From the NCBI GenBank assembly GCA_029062865.1, contig JAIDPG010000234.1, positions 1 to 51,433 of the forward strand: 51,433 nt of DNA, given 5' to 3'. The notes beneath the pieces were generated by a model. That model did no database searches. It worked only from the letters and a program-made list of their open reading frames with translations, and was not told the DNA's origin. This DNA is from Oscillospiraceae bacterium (GTDB lineage: Bacteria > Bacillota > Clostridia > Oscillospirales > Ruminococcaceae). Shown one piece after another: positions 1-8,696 of this stretch; the stretch's first letter is position 1; each line of letters opens with the position of its first letter. A program made the position numbers and the translations under genes.

Positions 1-1
1 A

Positions 2-286
2 GCTACGCCTTCGGCTTGCTCTCAGCTCGTTGTCAACGTTGTTTTTGCTTTGCGGATTGTCGTCCGCGATTCCGCTTCGCGGAACCGCAAAAACAACGCG
101 GTGTTGACTTCACTGTCGATAGGCTGATTTTTCAAAAGTTTTTTTAACGATGTCACACCGGTCGTCAAAGGCTTCAGGCTTTGCCCTTCGGGCTCTCCTT
201 CAGCTCTTTGCGAGGGCGCGTTTTTACTTCGCGAACTCCGTCCGCGATTTCGCTTCGCGAAACCGAAAAAACGCGCGGCGCTGACA
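2..286. repeat. Two imperfect copies (~2-108 and ~178-286) of a GC-rich, multi-hairpin REP-like element
   Basis: The copies share gtccgcgatt(c/t)cgcttcgcg(g/a)aaccg. Compensatory stems: ttccgc/gcggaa versus tttcgc/gcgaaa, and cgttgtttttgc/gcaaaaacaacg versus gcgcgttttt/aaaaaacgcgc. Both carry cTTCGg loops. Confidence 0.65.
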
Positions 287-724
287 CATCGCCCTTGCGT
301 GGTTTGCAGTCGTTTCCGAGTTCTGCGCTCTAACATCTTGCCTCTAACCTCTTACTTCTGATAGCGCAAAAACGCTTATGGTTGACTCGCTCCAAAATTG
401 CACAACGCCCATATCCGTCCCCTCGTTTTCGAGAGAGCTGTTATGGGCGTTTTTTAATTCAAAACCGAAGTCAACAACCGAAGTCACCGCATAGAAAATG
501 AGAGAAGTATTTTGTACAAATTCACAACTCCAAATCCGGCGAGGCACAATATTTTGTAAAACTGAATAAAAAAATCGCCGAATATTGAACGGCGATTTTT
601 TGTTTCTTTTTCCCCGAAGCATATCCAAGTATGCTTTCTTACACGATCCGACATGTTATGCTAAAATAATCCGACGACCGCGGCTTCTGCCTGCGGTGTT
701 GAATTCAGCATAACGGAGGTCTTT

Positions 725-1374
725 ATGGAAAACTTTAAATTCATCGGTGAATGGCTAAAAGAAAGAGGACTTGAATTACAGCCGAAATTCTCTTGCTTGC
801 TTCGCGAAATGTGCAGGGAATTTAAAAAAACAACCGCGTTAATTTAAGAGATATTTACGCGCTGCTTGGCTGCTCGAAGCAGAATGTTTCGTACTGGGAG
901 CTGCACGCGGAAAGCTCTCAGGCAAAGGGCTCGATCATTAAAGTAATACACAAATCGGCGGAGCTTTTCGGGCTTGACAGCGGACAAGCCGAGGCGCTCG
1001 CGAACAGCGCGGGATTGTCTCTTAATTCCGAAACGGGAAGCCTTATGGAACGGCTGAACTATTCGGGGAAGCCGAAGGATCTATGCGCCGCCGCCGGGAT
1101 AAGCGAGCGTATGCTGCGAAGCTACAAAAGCAAGACTCCGACAAAGCAGGCTCTGCTTGCTATTGTGATCGCGCTGAATTTTTCGACTTCGGATATTGAC
1201 AGGATATTGCGTTCATACGGCTACTGCCTTTCGGAAAGTCTGGCGGGTGACGTTGTTGTAAAATGGTATGTGAAACGCTCCCTCTCAAAAAACAACGGCG
1301 CGGGATTGCTGAATGAAATAAACGATACTCTTGAAAAAATGGGGCTTCCTCTTTTGGTGACGCGCATTAAATAA
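725..1374 (+). pseudogene. XRE-like HTH regulator (two HTH-like motifs, ~216 aa) split by a 1-nt frameshift at an A7 run
   Basis: RBS GGAGG precedes ATG725, and the frame stops at 845-847. Adding one A at 824-830 gives ...LRDIYALLGCSKQNVSYWE..., continuous with ORF 1015-1374 (KDLCAAAGISERMLRSYK). Confidence 0.7.
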
Positions 1375-1477
1375 TTTTCAAAAAGTCAAAATTTATTACC
1401 GATATTCAAGGCGAAAATGCGTTATAATTTGATCAATGCAGCGTAAATACGCTGCTAAACACACGGGAGGTGATCGT

Positions 1478-1513
1478 ATGCAAACAGCGTTTGCCGTAAC
1501 GGGATTTCTCTAG
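1478..1513 (+). CDS. Possible 11-aa leader peptide MQTAFAVTGFL
   Basis: Strong RBS GGGAGGTGA just upstream of ATG1478, stop TAG 1511-1513. It lies immediately before the arginase-like gene. Confidence 0.3.
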   Translation: MQTAFAVTGFL

Positions 1514-1555
1514 TCAAAGCGCTTATACCCCATTATGATCCTGAAAGGAGAATGT

Positions 1556-2371
1556 ATGAAAGAACAAAACACTGTTCTTGTAACCGTTGACAAAAAGCGG
1601 TTTCGCGGCGGCGCGGAGTATTTCAAGCCAGATTTCGGCGAAGCGGCGATCTCTTTGCAAAAGCTCTGCACGGGCGGCAGCGCGTCTTTTTCGCATACGT
1701 ATAACTTTTTGAACGAAAGCGAGATCATGTTGCTGCTCGACACTATTGACTCGCTTCACAGCATAGTTATAAACGAAAGCAGCTGCGCGCATCATCTGTC
1801 ATATTTCCTTATCCGAAAAGCATACCGCGCGTTGATAGAATCCAAGCAGGCTGACGAACGTTCCAGAATACTTGTTATCAATTTCGATCAGCACGAGGAT
1901 TTCGGGAATTACAACGATGTGTTTTTTTGCGGGAATTGGGGAAGCCGGATCTTTGAGGAAAAGGGCGTTGATTTTTTGTCGGTGGGCATCGTTGAGAACG
2001 ACCGCGTTTTCGCAAGAATACGCCGCCATAACCGTGTCACCGAGGACATAAGCTTGGAACACCCCGAGGAACTCCATAAGATCTACGCGCAATACGATAA
2101 GATCTACGTAAGCGTTGATATGGACGTTTTAACGGGCAGCTACCGCTGTCTAAGGACAAACCGCACAAACGGCGAGCTTACTGCAAATCGGCTGCGAGTG
2201 CTGCTTCGGCAGATACCCACGCACAAGGTTTTCGCCGCCGACATCACGGGGCTTCCCCCCATAGGCGCGAAGACCGTCAACAGAAGAGCAAGCATTGACG
2301 ACGTTGAGGCGTATTTATTCGACGTCAGGACAACAGCCAACATTTTACTTGGAAAGCTGAATTCAGATTAA
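1556..2371 (+). CDS. Arginase/ureohydrolase-fold metallohydrolase
   Basis: Metal-ligand motifs NFDQHED (DxHxD) and YVSVDMDVL (SxDxD), plus HHLSY, CGNW and ADITG. RBS AAAGGAG precedes ATG1556. Confidence 0.7.
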   Translation: MKEQNTVLVTVDKKRFRGGAEYFKPDFGEAAISLQKLCTGGSASFSHTYNFLNESEIMLLLDTIDSLHSIVINESSCAHHLSYFLIRKAYRALIESKQADERSRILVINFDQHEDFGNYNDVFFCGNWGSRIFEEKGVDFLSVGIVENDRVFARIRRHNRVTEDISLEHPEELHKIYAQYDKIYVSVDMDVLTGSYRCLRTNRTNGELTANRLRVLLRQIPTHKVFAADITGLPPIGAKTVNRRASIDDVEAYLFDVRTTANILLGKLNSD

Positions 2372-2387
2372 GAAATGAGGTGATTTT

Positions 2388-3845
2388 ATGCCATCGGTAA
2401 TTCCCTACGATCCTTCGATAGTTTTAGGCAACATCGTTGAGCCCGAAAAGCTGGACAGACTTGAACAAATCGCGAAGCTGCAAGCGCCGATCGATTCCGC
2501 CGAGGAACAGCTCAACTCGCTTATCGCGCTGCGGCGAAGCATCGATATGACCGCGCAGGAGCTCGTTAATCTCAACATCGACACGACGGACATCTCCAAG
2601 GAAAGCAATCAAATCAACACGGAGATAAAGAACGCCGCGGTCGATTACGCGCGGACAAAAATCAAAGCCAAAAAGCAAATTCAACAGCTCAGCGCGAAAC
2701 CGCTTGTAAGCCACAACTGGGAAAGCCCGCTTGACTACAACCGGACGCAGATCAAGAAAATGCCGCTCTCGGCGGACTCTATGAATATGAACGTTCAGTA
2801 TTTCTCCAGCGACGAAAGCGACCAGAATTCGCAAACGCAAAGCCAAAGCATACAGGGGTTTATAAGCGCGGAGTTTTCTTTTCTCGGAAAAGGTATGTCG
2901 GAGCAGGCGAGCAAGGCGGCGGCAAGCCAGATAAACAGCCAGTATTCGCGCCATAACATCGCGGGGACTCTCGTTATCGCGGTAAGCTGCACACATAAGG
3001 ACGCGGTGCTTCTTGCGCCGTGTATTATCGATGTGGACAAGGCTATTCGTGTATGGAACGCTATGTATAAGAGCGATATGCTCAAAACCGACGATCCCGC
3101 GAATATGCTCGCGACCGTCGCGAAGGGCTCTACCGACAAGGAAAAGGCGATGACTATTGTTTCGGGAGCGACCTACGGCTCTTGCTTTGTGGGAATGGTG
3201 CATATTCTGAACTCCTCGAAGACCGTTTCCACGGAGCAAATGAACTCCATGGCAAGTAAGATACAGGCGCAGATAAAATACAGGAGCTGTATCGCGAACG
3301 CAATGGGCGGCTTCGGGGCTTCGGGGCAATTCGCGAGCGACATCAAAAACCTTATAAGCACGCAGGAGATAACCACGCACTGCACCATAACAACGCGCGG
3401 TTCGATCCCGTCGATAAAGGCGAACAACATCAAAATGGCGGTCAAGGAATTCGCCGAGTTTGACGGAAAGTCCGCAATGGAAAAGCTCTCCGCGCTTCAG
3501 AACGCGACCGCATCGGATAGAGATTCTCTTGATTCCTCCGCTGAAAAGGCAAGGCTGGGCGAGCAGATGATCGCTCTCCACAATTCCGAGATAAAGGGAG
3601 TTCTTACGGGGCTTAAGGACATCGACGACGGCGAAAACAGCGTGCTTGACACAAACTCGATGATGACCGCCCTGGAGGACTACATAAACAAAGCGCTCGC
3701 GGGAGAGCTCGGTATGCCGATAAACTACTATCTGAAGCCGATCACAAAAAGCCAGCTTGCGCAGATGTGGGTGAACAAATATTTCCCCGACAAATTCCTT
3801 AAAACTCAGACCGACGAGGGCGAAGAGCCTGCGAAGGCGAATTAA
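2388..3845 (+). CDS. Hypothetical 485-aa protein: N-terminal coiled coil plus a putative MACPF/CDC-like core
   Basis: Long ORF with RBS GAGGTG and no signal peptide. SGATYGSCFVGMVHI and GMPINYYLKPIT resemble the CDC SSVxYGR strand and GxPIxY motifs (fold is inferred). Confidence 0.55.
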   Translation: MPSVIPYDPSIVLGNIVEPEKLDRLEQIAKLQAPIDSAEEQLNSLIALRRSIDMTAQELVNLNIDTTDISKESNQINTEIKNAAVDYARTKIKAKKQIQQLSAKPLVSHNWESPLDYNRTQIKKMPLSADSMNMNVQYFSSDESDQNSQTQSQSIQGFISAEFSFLGKGMSEQASKAAASQINSQYSRHNIAGTLVIAVSCTHKDAVLLAPCIIDVDKAIRVWNAMYKSDMLKTDDPANMLATVAKGSTDKEKAMTIVSGATYGSCFVGMVHILNSSKTVSTEQMNSMASKIQAQIKYRSCIANAMGGFGASGQFASDIKNLISTQEITTHCTITTRGSIPSIKANNIKMAVKEFAEFDGKSAMEKLSALQNATASDRDSLDSSAEKARLGEQMIALHNSEIKGVLTGLKDIDDGENSVLDTNSMMTALEDYINKALAGELGMPINYYLKPITKSQLAQMWVNKYFPDKFLKTQTDEGEEPAKAN

Positions 3846-3872
3846 CATTATTTAAGAAAGAGGTACAAAACT

Positions 3873-4139
3873 ATGGCAACAAACATTACTATCAACGACA
3901 ATCAGGGAAGAACGCTTGCGATTACAAGCGGCAACAACACGATCGATTACGGAAACGATCCCCGCGGCGCGAGGATATTCAGGGTCGAAGCGCCCTACAC
4001 CCTGTCTCACCCTTTGAGAAGCAACCCCGATTATTACACCCCCGGCTCCGCCAATATCAACGGAGATGTTGTCGACGGCAAACCTATAATGGTGGTTGAA
4101 CATCAGGGAGATAATGTGGAGATCCACATCAGAGGATAA
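3873..4139 (+). CDS. Hypothetical 88-aa beta-rich protein
   Basis: RBS AAGAGGT, co-directional and 27 bp after the previous gene, followed by a hairpin. Confidence 0.7.
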   Translation: MATNITINDNQGRTLAITSGNNTIDYGNDPRGARIFRVEAPYTLSHPLRSNPDYYTPGSANINGDVVDGKPIMVVEHQGDNVEIHIRG

Positions 4140-4161
4140 GCGCCATTTCGTAACAACATAC

Positions 4162-4212
4162 AGCGCCTGCGGGCGGCTCTTGATTACAAGAGGTCGAACG
4201 CAGGCGCTTTAT
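4162..4212. terminator. Hairpin between convergent genes
   Basis: agcgcctgcg...cgcaggcgct followed by TTT. Confidence 0.5.
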
Positions 4213-4239
4213 TCTTAATAAATAACCGCGTCGCATAGG

Positions 4240-5544
4240 CTATAATTTCATCGTAAACATAAGCTCAAACACTCCGTTTTCGCATTTTATTTTCATTTGA
4301 CCGTCATATTTTTTGACCGTGCTTTCAATGTTGTATAAACCCATGCCGTGCTGCTCCTTATTTGATTTTGTCGTGGTCGGGATATCGTAAAAGCTGTCCT
4401 TTCGCGCTGTCGGATTTCTAAGCGACATTACAAAATATCCCTGCTGTTCACCCGCGGTCACGGAGATCCTGCAGGGCGATCTCATCTCGCGGCACGCTTC
4501 GATTGCATTGTCGAGCGCGTTTGACAATATAATGCACAGATCAACGTTTTCTATTGAAGCGGGCATAATTCCGGAATATTCAATTTGGCAGTTTTCGTCA
4601 AGCGCCGCGGATTTGTCCGCCAGAATTGCGTCCGCCAGCTTGTTTCCCGTATAAAACAACACCGCGTCCGAAGTGTACGCTTTATTTTGGATCTTTTCTA
4701 TGTATTCCTCCGCGTCAGAATATTCCTTCAATTGTATCAAGGACAAAACGCTCCGGAGATGATTTGTGTAATCATGTCGAAATCTGCGCATCTCCGCGTC
4801 CATTTTTTCAAGCTCTTTATAGTGATTTATCTGCAATTCGACCTGCTTCTCCATCATTTGCGAGGTGGTTGTGAAGTGCTGCCTTGCGATGACATTCACG
4901 AACAGCAGCGCAATAATGTACGCTATGATCAGAGCTAATGAAACAATAAGTACAATCAGCAGATTTTCTTTGAGCAAATAATTTTCTGTGCCTAAGTTTA
5001 CTAATGACACCAAAAAAGCTAGGCAAACGACCGATAACAGCAATAACACAAAAACACGCTTCGGTATCATTTTAAGAATAATAATTATCCTTTTTGTCTC
5101 AGCTTTTTTTATAATGAAAATCAGCAGAACAAATATAAGTACTTGAACACAGAGCTTTACGGCATAGTAAATGTTTTGGGAAGCTGTTTCAAGAACATTG
5201 AAAATAATACAAGTCGTACTTTCTGATAAAAAAGAAACGCAAAATTCCATTATAGCGGTAAAATAACAAATATTAAGATTAAGACCACCCAATATTAAAA
5301 AAAGTGGAAGGAACAGTTTTACAAGATACAATATTGTCATAAGGAAACCGATGAAATCGCCGTTTGTGTCAATAAGAAAAAAATCCAAAATTGATATGCC
5401 GGCATAAATAATTAGTGCAAGTAAAAAGCGAGTCTTTGCTATGGCGTTTATGTTATATATTCCAAACATTTTTAAGCAAACAATTATTGCCGATATCTCA
5501 ATTAGTCCACGTAGAAAATTTAAAAGGTTCGTTGTAATAATCAT
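4240..5544 (-). CDS. AgrC-like GHKL sensor histidine kinase
   Basis: About 6 TM helices, RRFRHDYTNHL H-box, ILSNALDNAIEA N-box, HGMGL G-box. Confidence 0.92.
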   Translation of the reverse strand: MIITTNLLNFLRGLIEISAIIVCLKMFGIYNINAIAKTRFLLALIIYAGISILDFFLIDTNGDFIGFLMTILYLVKLFLPLFLILGGLNLNICYFTAIMEFCVSFLSESTTCIIFNVLETASQNIYYAVKLCVQVLIFVLLIFIIKKAETKRIIIILKMIPKRVFVLLLLSVVCLAFLVSLVNLGTENYLLKENLLIVLIVSLALIIAYIIALLFVNVIARQHFTTTSQMMEKQVELQINHYKELEKMDAEMRRFRHDYTNHLRSVLSLIQLKEYSDAEEYIEKIQNKAYTSDAVLFYTGNKLADAILADKSAALDENCQIEYSGIMPASIENVDLCIILSNALDNAIEACREMRSPCRISVTAGEQQGYFVMSLRNPTARKDSFYDIPTTTKSNKEQHGMGLYNIESTVKKYDGQMKIKCENGVFELMFTMKL

Positions 5545-6269
5545 ACAGAATATACCTCGTTGTACCTCATAATATAATTTTGAAATTCGGTTTTGAATTT
5601 CGCAGCATAGTGTCCGCCAATTATGGCTTTCTCACCATTATCAAATATTATTTCGGTGCTGTTGTGATTGCTTATATGTGCAAAACCGACTACGAATGAT
5701 TTACTGCATCTTATAAACTTTGATTGAGGAAGCTTCTGCTCCAACTGTTTAAGGTTTAAGCGAATTCGTAAAGATTGCTTTTTGGTTCTTACCGTGGTGT
5801 ATTTTCCGTCGCCCTCCAAATAAATTATTTCCGACAATTTGATCTTATAATGTTCCTCATGAGTATTAAGCAAAAGCAGGTTGTCGTAGTCTATAGATTT
5901 TAAATAATCATCGAGAGCCTTAAACAGCTTCGCTTCATCAATAGGCTTTACAAGAAAGCGAAATGTCTTGACCTCATACGCGTCCAACGCCGCCGCGGGA
6001 TATGCGCTGATAAAAATGATAATGCTGTCGTAATTGGCTTCGCGCAGCTTTTCTCCTGTTTCAATTCCGTTGAGGCCCTCCATCTGATAATCCAAAAATA
6101 TAATGTCGTATTCCCGTTTCGATTTTAAAAGCTCCTCGCCGTTATCATAGTAGTCCGTATAAATTTCTATGTTTCGCGAATTCATAAACTTGCGCAAAAG
6201 ACCGGAAACCTCTTTGTGAAATATTTTCTCATCATCACAAACCGCCGCTTTCATAGTCATCTTATCCAT
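5541..6269 (-). CDS. LytTR-family response regulator (AgrA-like)
   Basis: AVCDDE, FLDYQM and LVKP receiver motifs; LytTR-type FIRCSKSFVV; overlaps the kinase start. Confidence 0.92.
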   Translation of the reverse strand: MDKMTMKAAVCDDEKIFHKEVSGLLRKFMNSRNIEIYTDYYDNGEELLKSKREYDIIFLDYQMEGLNGIETGEKLREANYDSIIIFISAYPAAALDAYEVKTFRFLVKPIDEAKLFKALDDYLKSIDYDNLLLLNTHEEHYKIKLSEIIYLEGDGKYTTVRTKKQSLRIRLNLKQLEQKLPQSKFIRCSKSFVVGFAHISNHNSTEIIFDNGEKAIIGGHYAAKFKTEFQNYIMRYNEVYSV

Positions 6270-6328
6270 TTGATATCACACTCCCTTATAGCTATTATAC
6301 ATTATTTCGACATTTTTTTCAAGTGTTT

Positions 6329-6398
6329 TTGATTTCGTTCCCTCAAAAACGGTGTTTGTCCGAAATCCGTTGAACCTCATCCGCGATAAATGTATAAT
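6329..6398 (+). promoter_or_regulatory. sigmaA promoter with upstream conserved box (putative LytTR site), copy 1
   Basis: gttccctcaaaa(6337)...tttgtccgaaat(6355), TTGAAC-17-TATAAT. The same arrangement recurs at 6993-7062. Confidence 0.6.
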
Positions 6399-6431
6399 AA
6401 GACCAGAAATTGCGAAAGGGAGTGAGTATAA

Positions 6432-6479
6432 ATGGATTTCATTGAACGTATTTTGTATTGGATCTTTGGCGGCAAATAA
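6432..6479 (+). CDS. 15-aa hydrophobic peptide MDFIERILYWIFGGK (putative signalling peptide)
   Basis: RBS AAAGGGAG. First ORF after the promoter; its stop adjoins the RBS of the next gene. Confidence 0.45.
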   Translation: MDFIERILYWIFGGK

Positions 6480-6488
6480 GGTGAGGAA

Positions 6489-6947
6489 ATGAATGTGATC
6501 GAAAATCAGCAATTGTGGTTTGATACCGCGCTGTCATATCGCGCGAGGGTCGAAAAGGATTCTTTCGGCGATATGATAAGCCACATTTATGACAACATTT
6601 CTGTTCTTGGACTGGAGATCACCGACAGCATCGTCGTGACTGTTTGCGAGGAAGTAAGAGAACCCAAGAGGACTATACTCGGAGTGGAGTTCATCGTTCC
6701 CGTCAACAAGCAGTTCGAAAGTAATTGTCATTATGTTTTCAAGCCGCATTTCAAGCTGGAGAACGCGGTGTTGCTGAAATACTGCGGAAAAGCAAGCGAG
6801 CTTCCGGAAACGAGAAAAAAACTGCGTGAATATGCGCTTGAAAAGCACTACTCACCGCTTACAAACGTTTATTTCTCGATCAAGCAAATAAGCGGAGACG
6901 ATGTTGTCGCCAACGCTTACCTCGGAGTAGACGGAAACACGCTTTAA
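6489..6947 (+). CDS. DUF5085-like / GyrI-like small-molecule-binding protein
   Basis: RBS GAGG. LSYR, EFIVPVNK and FKPHFKLENAV resemble the clostridial DUF5085 family (from memory). Confidence 0.6.
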   Translation: MNVIENQQLWFDTALSYRARVEKDSFGDMISHIYDNISVLGLEITDSIVVTVCEEVREPKRTILGVEFIVPVNKQFESNCHYVFKPHFKLENAVLLKYCGKASELPETRKKLREYALEKHYSPLTNVYFSIKQISGDDVVANAYLGVDGNTL

Positions 6948-6952
6948 CATTC

Positions 6953-6984
6953 GAAAGCCGAAACACTTTCGGCTTTCTTTTTTT
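6953..6984 (+). terminator. Intrinsic terminator
   Basis: gaaagccgaaa...tttcggctttc followed by a T tract. Confidence 0.8.
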
Positions 6985-6992
6985 GACAAAAA

Positions 6993-7062
6993 TTGATTTT
7001 TGTTCCCTCAAAAGAGCCTTTTGTCCGAAATATGTTGATTTATGATTCTTCTATGGTACAAT
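6993..7062 (+). promoter_or_regulatory. Promoter with conserved box, copy 2
   Basis: gttccctcaaaa(7002)...tttgtccgaaat(7020), TTGATT-16-TACAAT with an extended TG. Confidence 0.55.
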
Positions 7063-7143
7063 AATTATGAGAATTTATGCGCATTTCTCAGGAACAAGAA
7101 ACAGCGGACAAATCGAAGATTTTCCGACGAAGAGGTGATAATT

Positions 7144-7863
7144 TTGGTTAGGCTTGCGGTTTGTGATGACGAGCAAGAAATGATCGACTGTATTTCGGAC
7201 AAGCTTCGCGCACATTTCCCGGAAAAATGTGAGATAACGGCATATGTCGACGGTGCGAGTTTGCTTTCGGGGCATCTTAAAGAGCGTTTTGACGCGATAT
7301 TTCTGGATATTTCCATGCCCGGTTTGAACGGAATGGAGACTGCCAAGAAGATACGCGAGAATGATGATCGCGTTAAAATAATTTTTGTAAGCAATCAAAA
7401 TGAGTTGGCATATAAAGGATATTTATACGGCGCTTTCAGATTTGTGAGAAAAAGTAATCTGGATCAAGAGCTGCTTGAAGCGGCAACAAGTTTAAAAGAA
7501 GTTCTGTTATTTCAAAATGAGAATATTGCTTTTAAAACGGATACGGGATATATTGTCCGAGCTGCTGAAGAAATAAAATATTTCGAAGCCGACGGTCATT
7601 TGATATATATGGCGTGCAAAGACAGTACTATCCGGATAAACGGGACTCTGCGGGATTATGAAGAGCGTCTTAAAAATCTCGGTTTTATACGAATACACAA
7701 AGGGGTTCTTGTTAATTTCAGATATATCCGTTACATAGATAAAAACGCTGTTATTCTGACTTGCGGCAAGAGATTGGCGTTAAGCCGAAACAGAATAACA
7801 GAAACCAAAGCAAAGATAAAATTTTTTCAAGAAATAAATTATAAACATAATCTACCGGTTTAG
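7144..7863 (+). CDS. LytTR-family response regulator
   Basis: LAVCDDE, FLDISMP and FIRIHKGVLVN motifs. TTG start after GAGGTG. Confidence 0.88.
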   Translation: MVRLAVCDDEQEMIDCISDKLRAHFPEKCEITAYVDGASLLSGHLKERFDAIFLDISMPGLNGMETAKKIRENDDRVKIIFVSNQNELAYKGYLYGAFRFVRKSNLDQELLEAATSLKEVLLFQNENIAFKTDTGYIVRAAEEIKYFEADGHLIYMACKDSTIRINGTLRDYEERLKNLGFIRIHKGVLVNFRYIRYIDKNAVILTCGKRLALSRNRITETKAKIKFFQEINYKHNLPV

Positions 7864-8010
7864 CAACCCAAACACATTCCGCGGTCGAGGAAATTGCGGG
7901 ATTTTTTTTGAAAAAAGATCATAAACCCACAATTTATCTGAGAATCGTTGATATCTTTCAATAAAAATTGCTATAATTGTGTCAAAACAACTCGAATGAA
8001 GACCTGGTGA

Positions 8011-8190
8011 ATGTCAAAAGAGACGGACGATAAACTGATAAGCGGGCTGTTCGCGTAATACAGGCAGATGATGTTCAAAATCGCAATGGGCATTTTGCAC
8101 AATTAATCCGACGCTGAGGACGTTGTTCAAAATGCTTTTTTGTGAATAATCAACAATCTTGATAGAATTTCTCAAATCCCCGTTACGAAA
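8011..8190 (+). pseudogene. ECF sigma factor region-2 remnant
   Basis: Reads MSKETDDKLISGLFA*YRQMMFKIAMGILHN*SDAEDVVQNAFL*IINNLDRI, with the DAEDxVQxxF motif and three in-frame stops (8056, 8104, 8143). Confidence 0.8.
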
Positions 8191-8247
8191 GGGGTGACTT
8201 ATAGAAAAGGGAAATATGTTGTTCCCGTAAGAAAGGAGGTGGTTGTT

Positions 8248-8672
8248 ATGCGCAGGGTCATTTCAATTCTGATTTGCCCGTTGATGTGCTTTTCGCTGTC
8301 TGTAACGGTGAGCGCGCAGACCGTTCAGACAAGTATTGTTCAGCCGTACTATGAAAAAGCATGCAGTGCTTCATCGTCGCTTTCCATAAGCGGCACAACC
8401 GCAATATGCGAAAGCTCGGTAAAGGGAAATCCGGACGTGACCAAGACCGTCGCCGTGCAGACGCTTCAAAGCAGGGCTTCCTGTGGACTTGGAGTACATA
8501 CGACGGCGCGGAGTGGACAAAGACGGTGTATTCGGATACGCCCGCGATGTCCACCGCAAAAACGGGTCTGACAAGCGGAAAGTATCGTCTCAAGACGATT
8601 TTCACGCTGACGGACAAGAACGGCAAGACCGAGAAGATCACTGTTTACAGTGATGAAAAGTCGATTGGTTAA
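8248..8672 (+). pseudogene. Secreted ~141-aa beta-rich protein with a 1-nt frameshift near 8468-8470
   Basis: RBS AAGGAGG and signal peptide (..TVSA). Frame 1 ...VQTLQ joins ...KQGFLWTWSTY...DEKSIG* if one A is added. Confidence 0.7.
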
Positions 8673-8696
8673 AAACGCCAAAAATTCTCTTAAATT

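Noticed and set aside
404-486. Hairpin aacgcccata/tatgggcgtt plus an aaccgaagtca direct repeat as a riboswitch or T-box
   Set aside because: No T-box or aptamer consensus recognised; it may simply be a terminator.
22-628. ORFs 22-336 and 344-628
   Set aside because: They translate hairpin and repeat DNA, with no recognisable protein features.
821-831. Programmed -1 ribosomal frameshift
   Set aside because: The zero-frame codons TTT AAA AAA do not form a canonical X XXY YYZ heptamer, and no obvious stimulatory stem follows.
2424-3848. 474-aa antisense ORF
   Set aside because: Shadow of the 485-aa gene, with no RBS or motifs.
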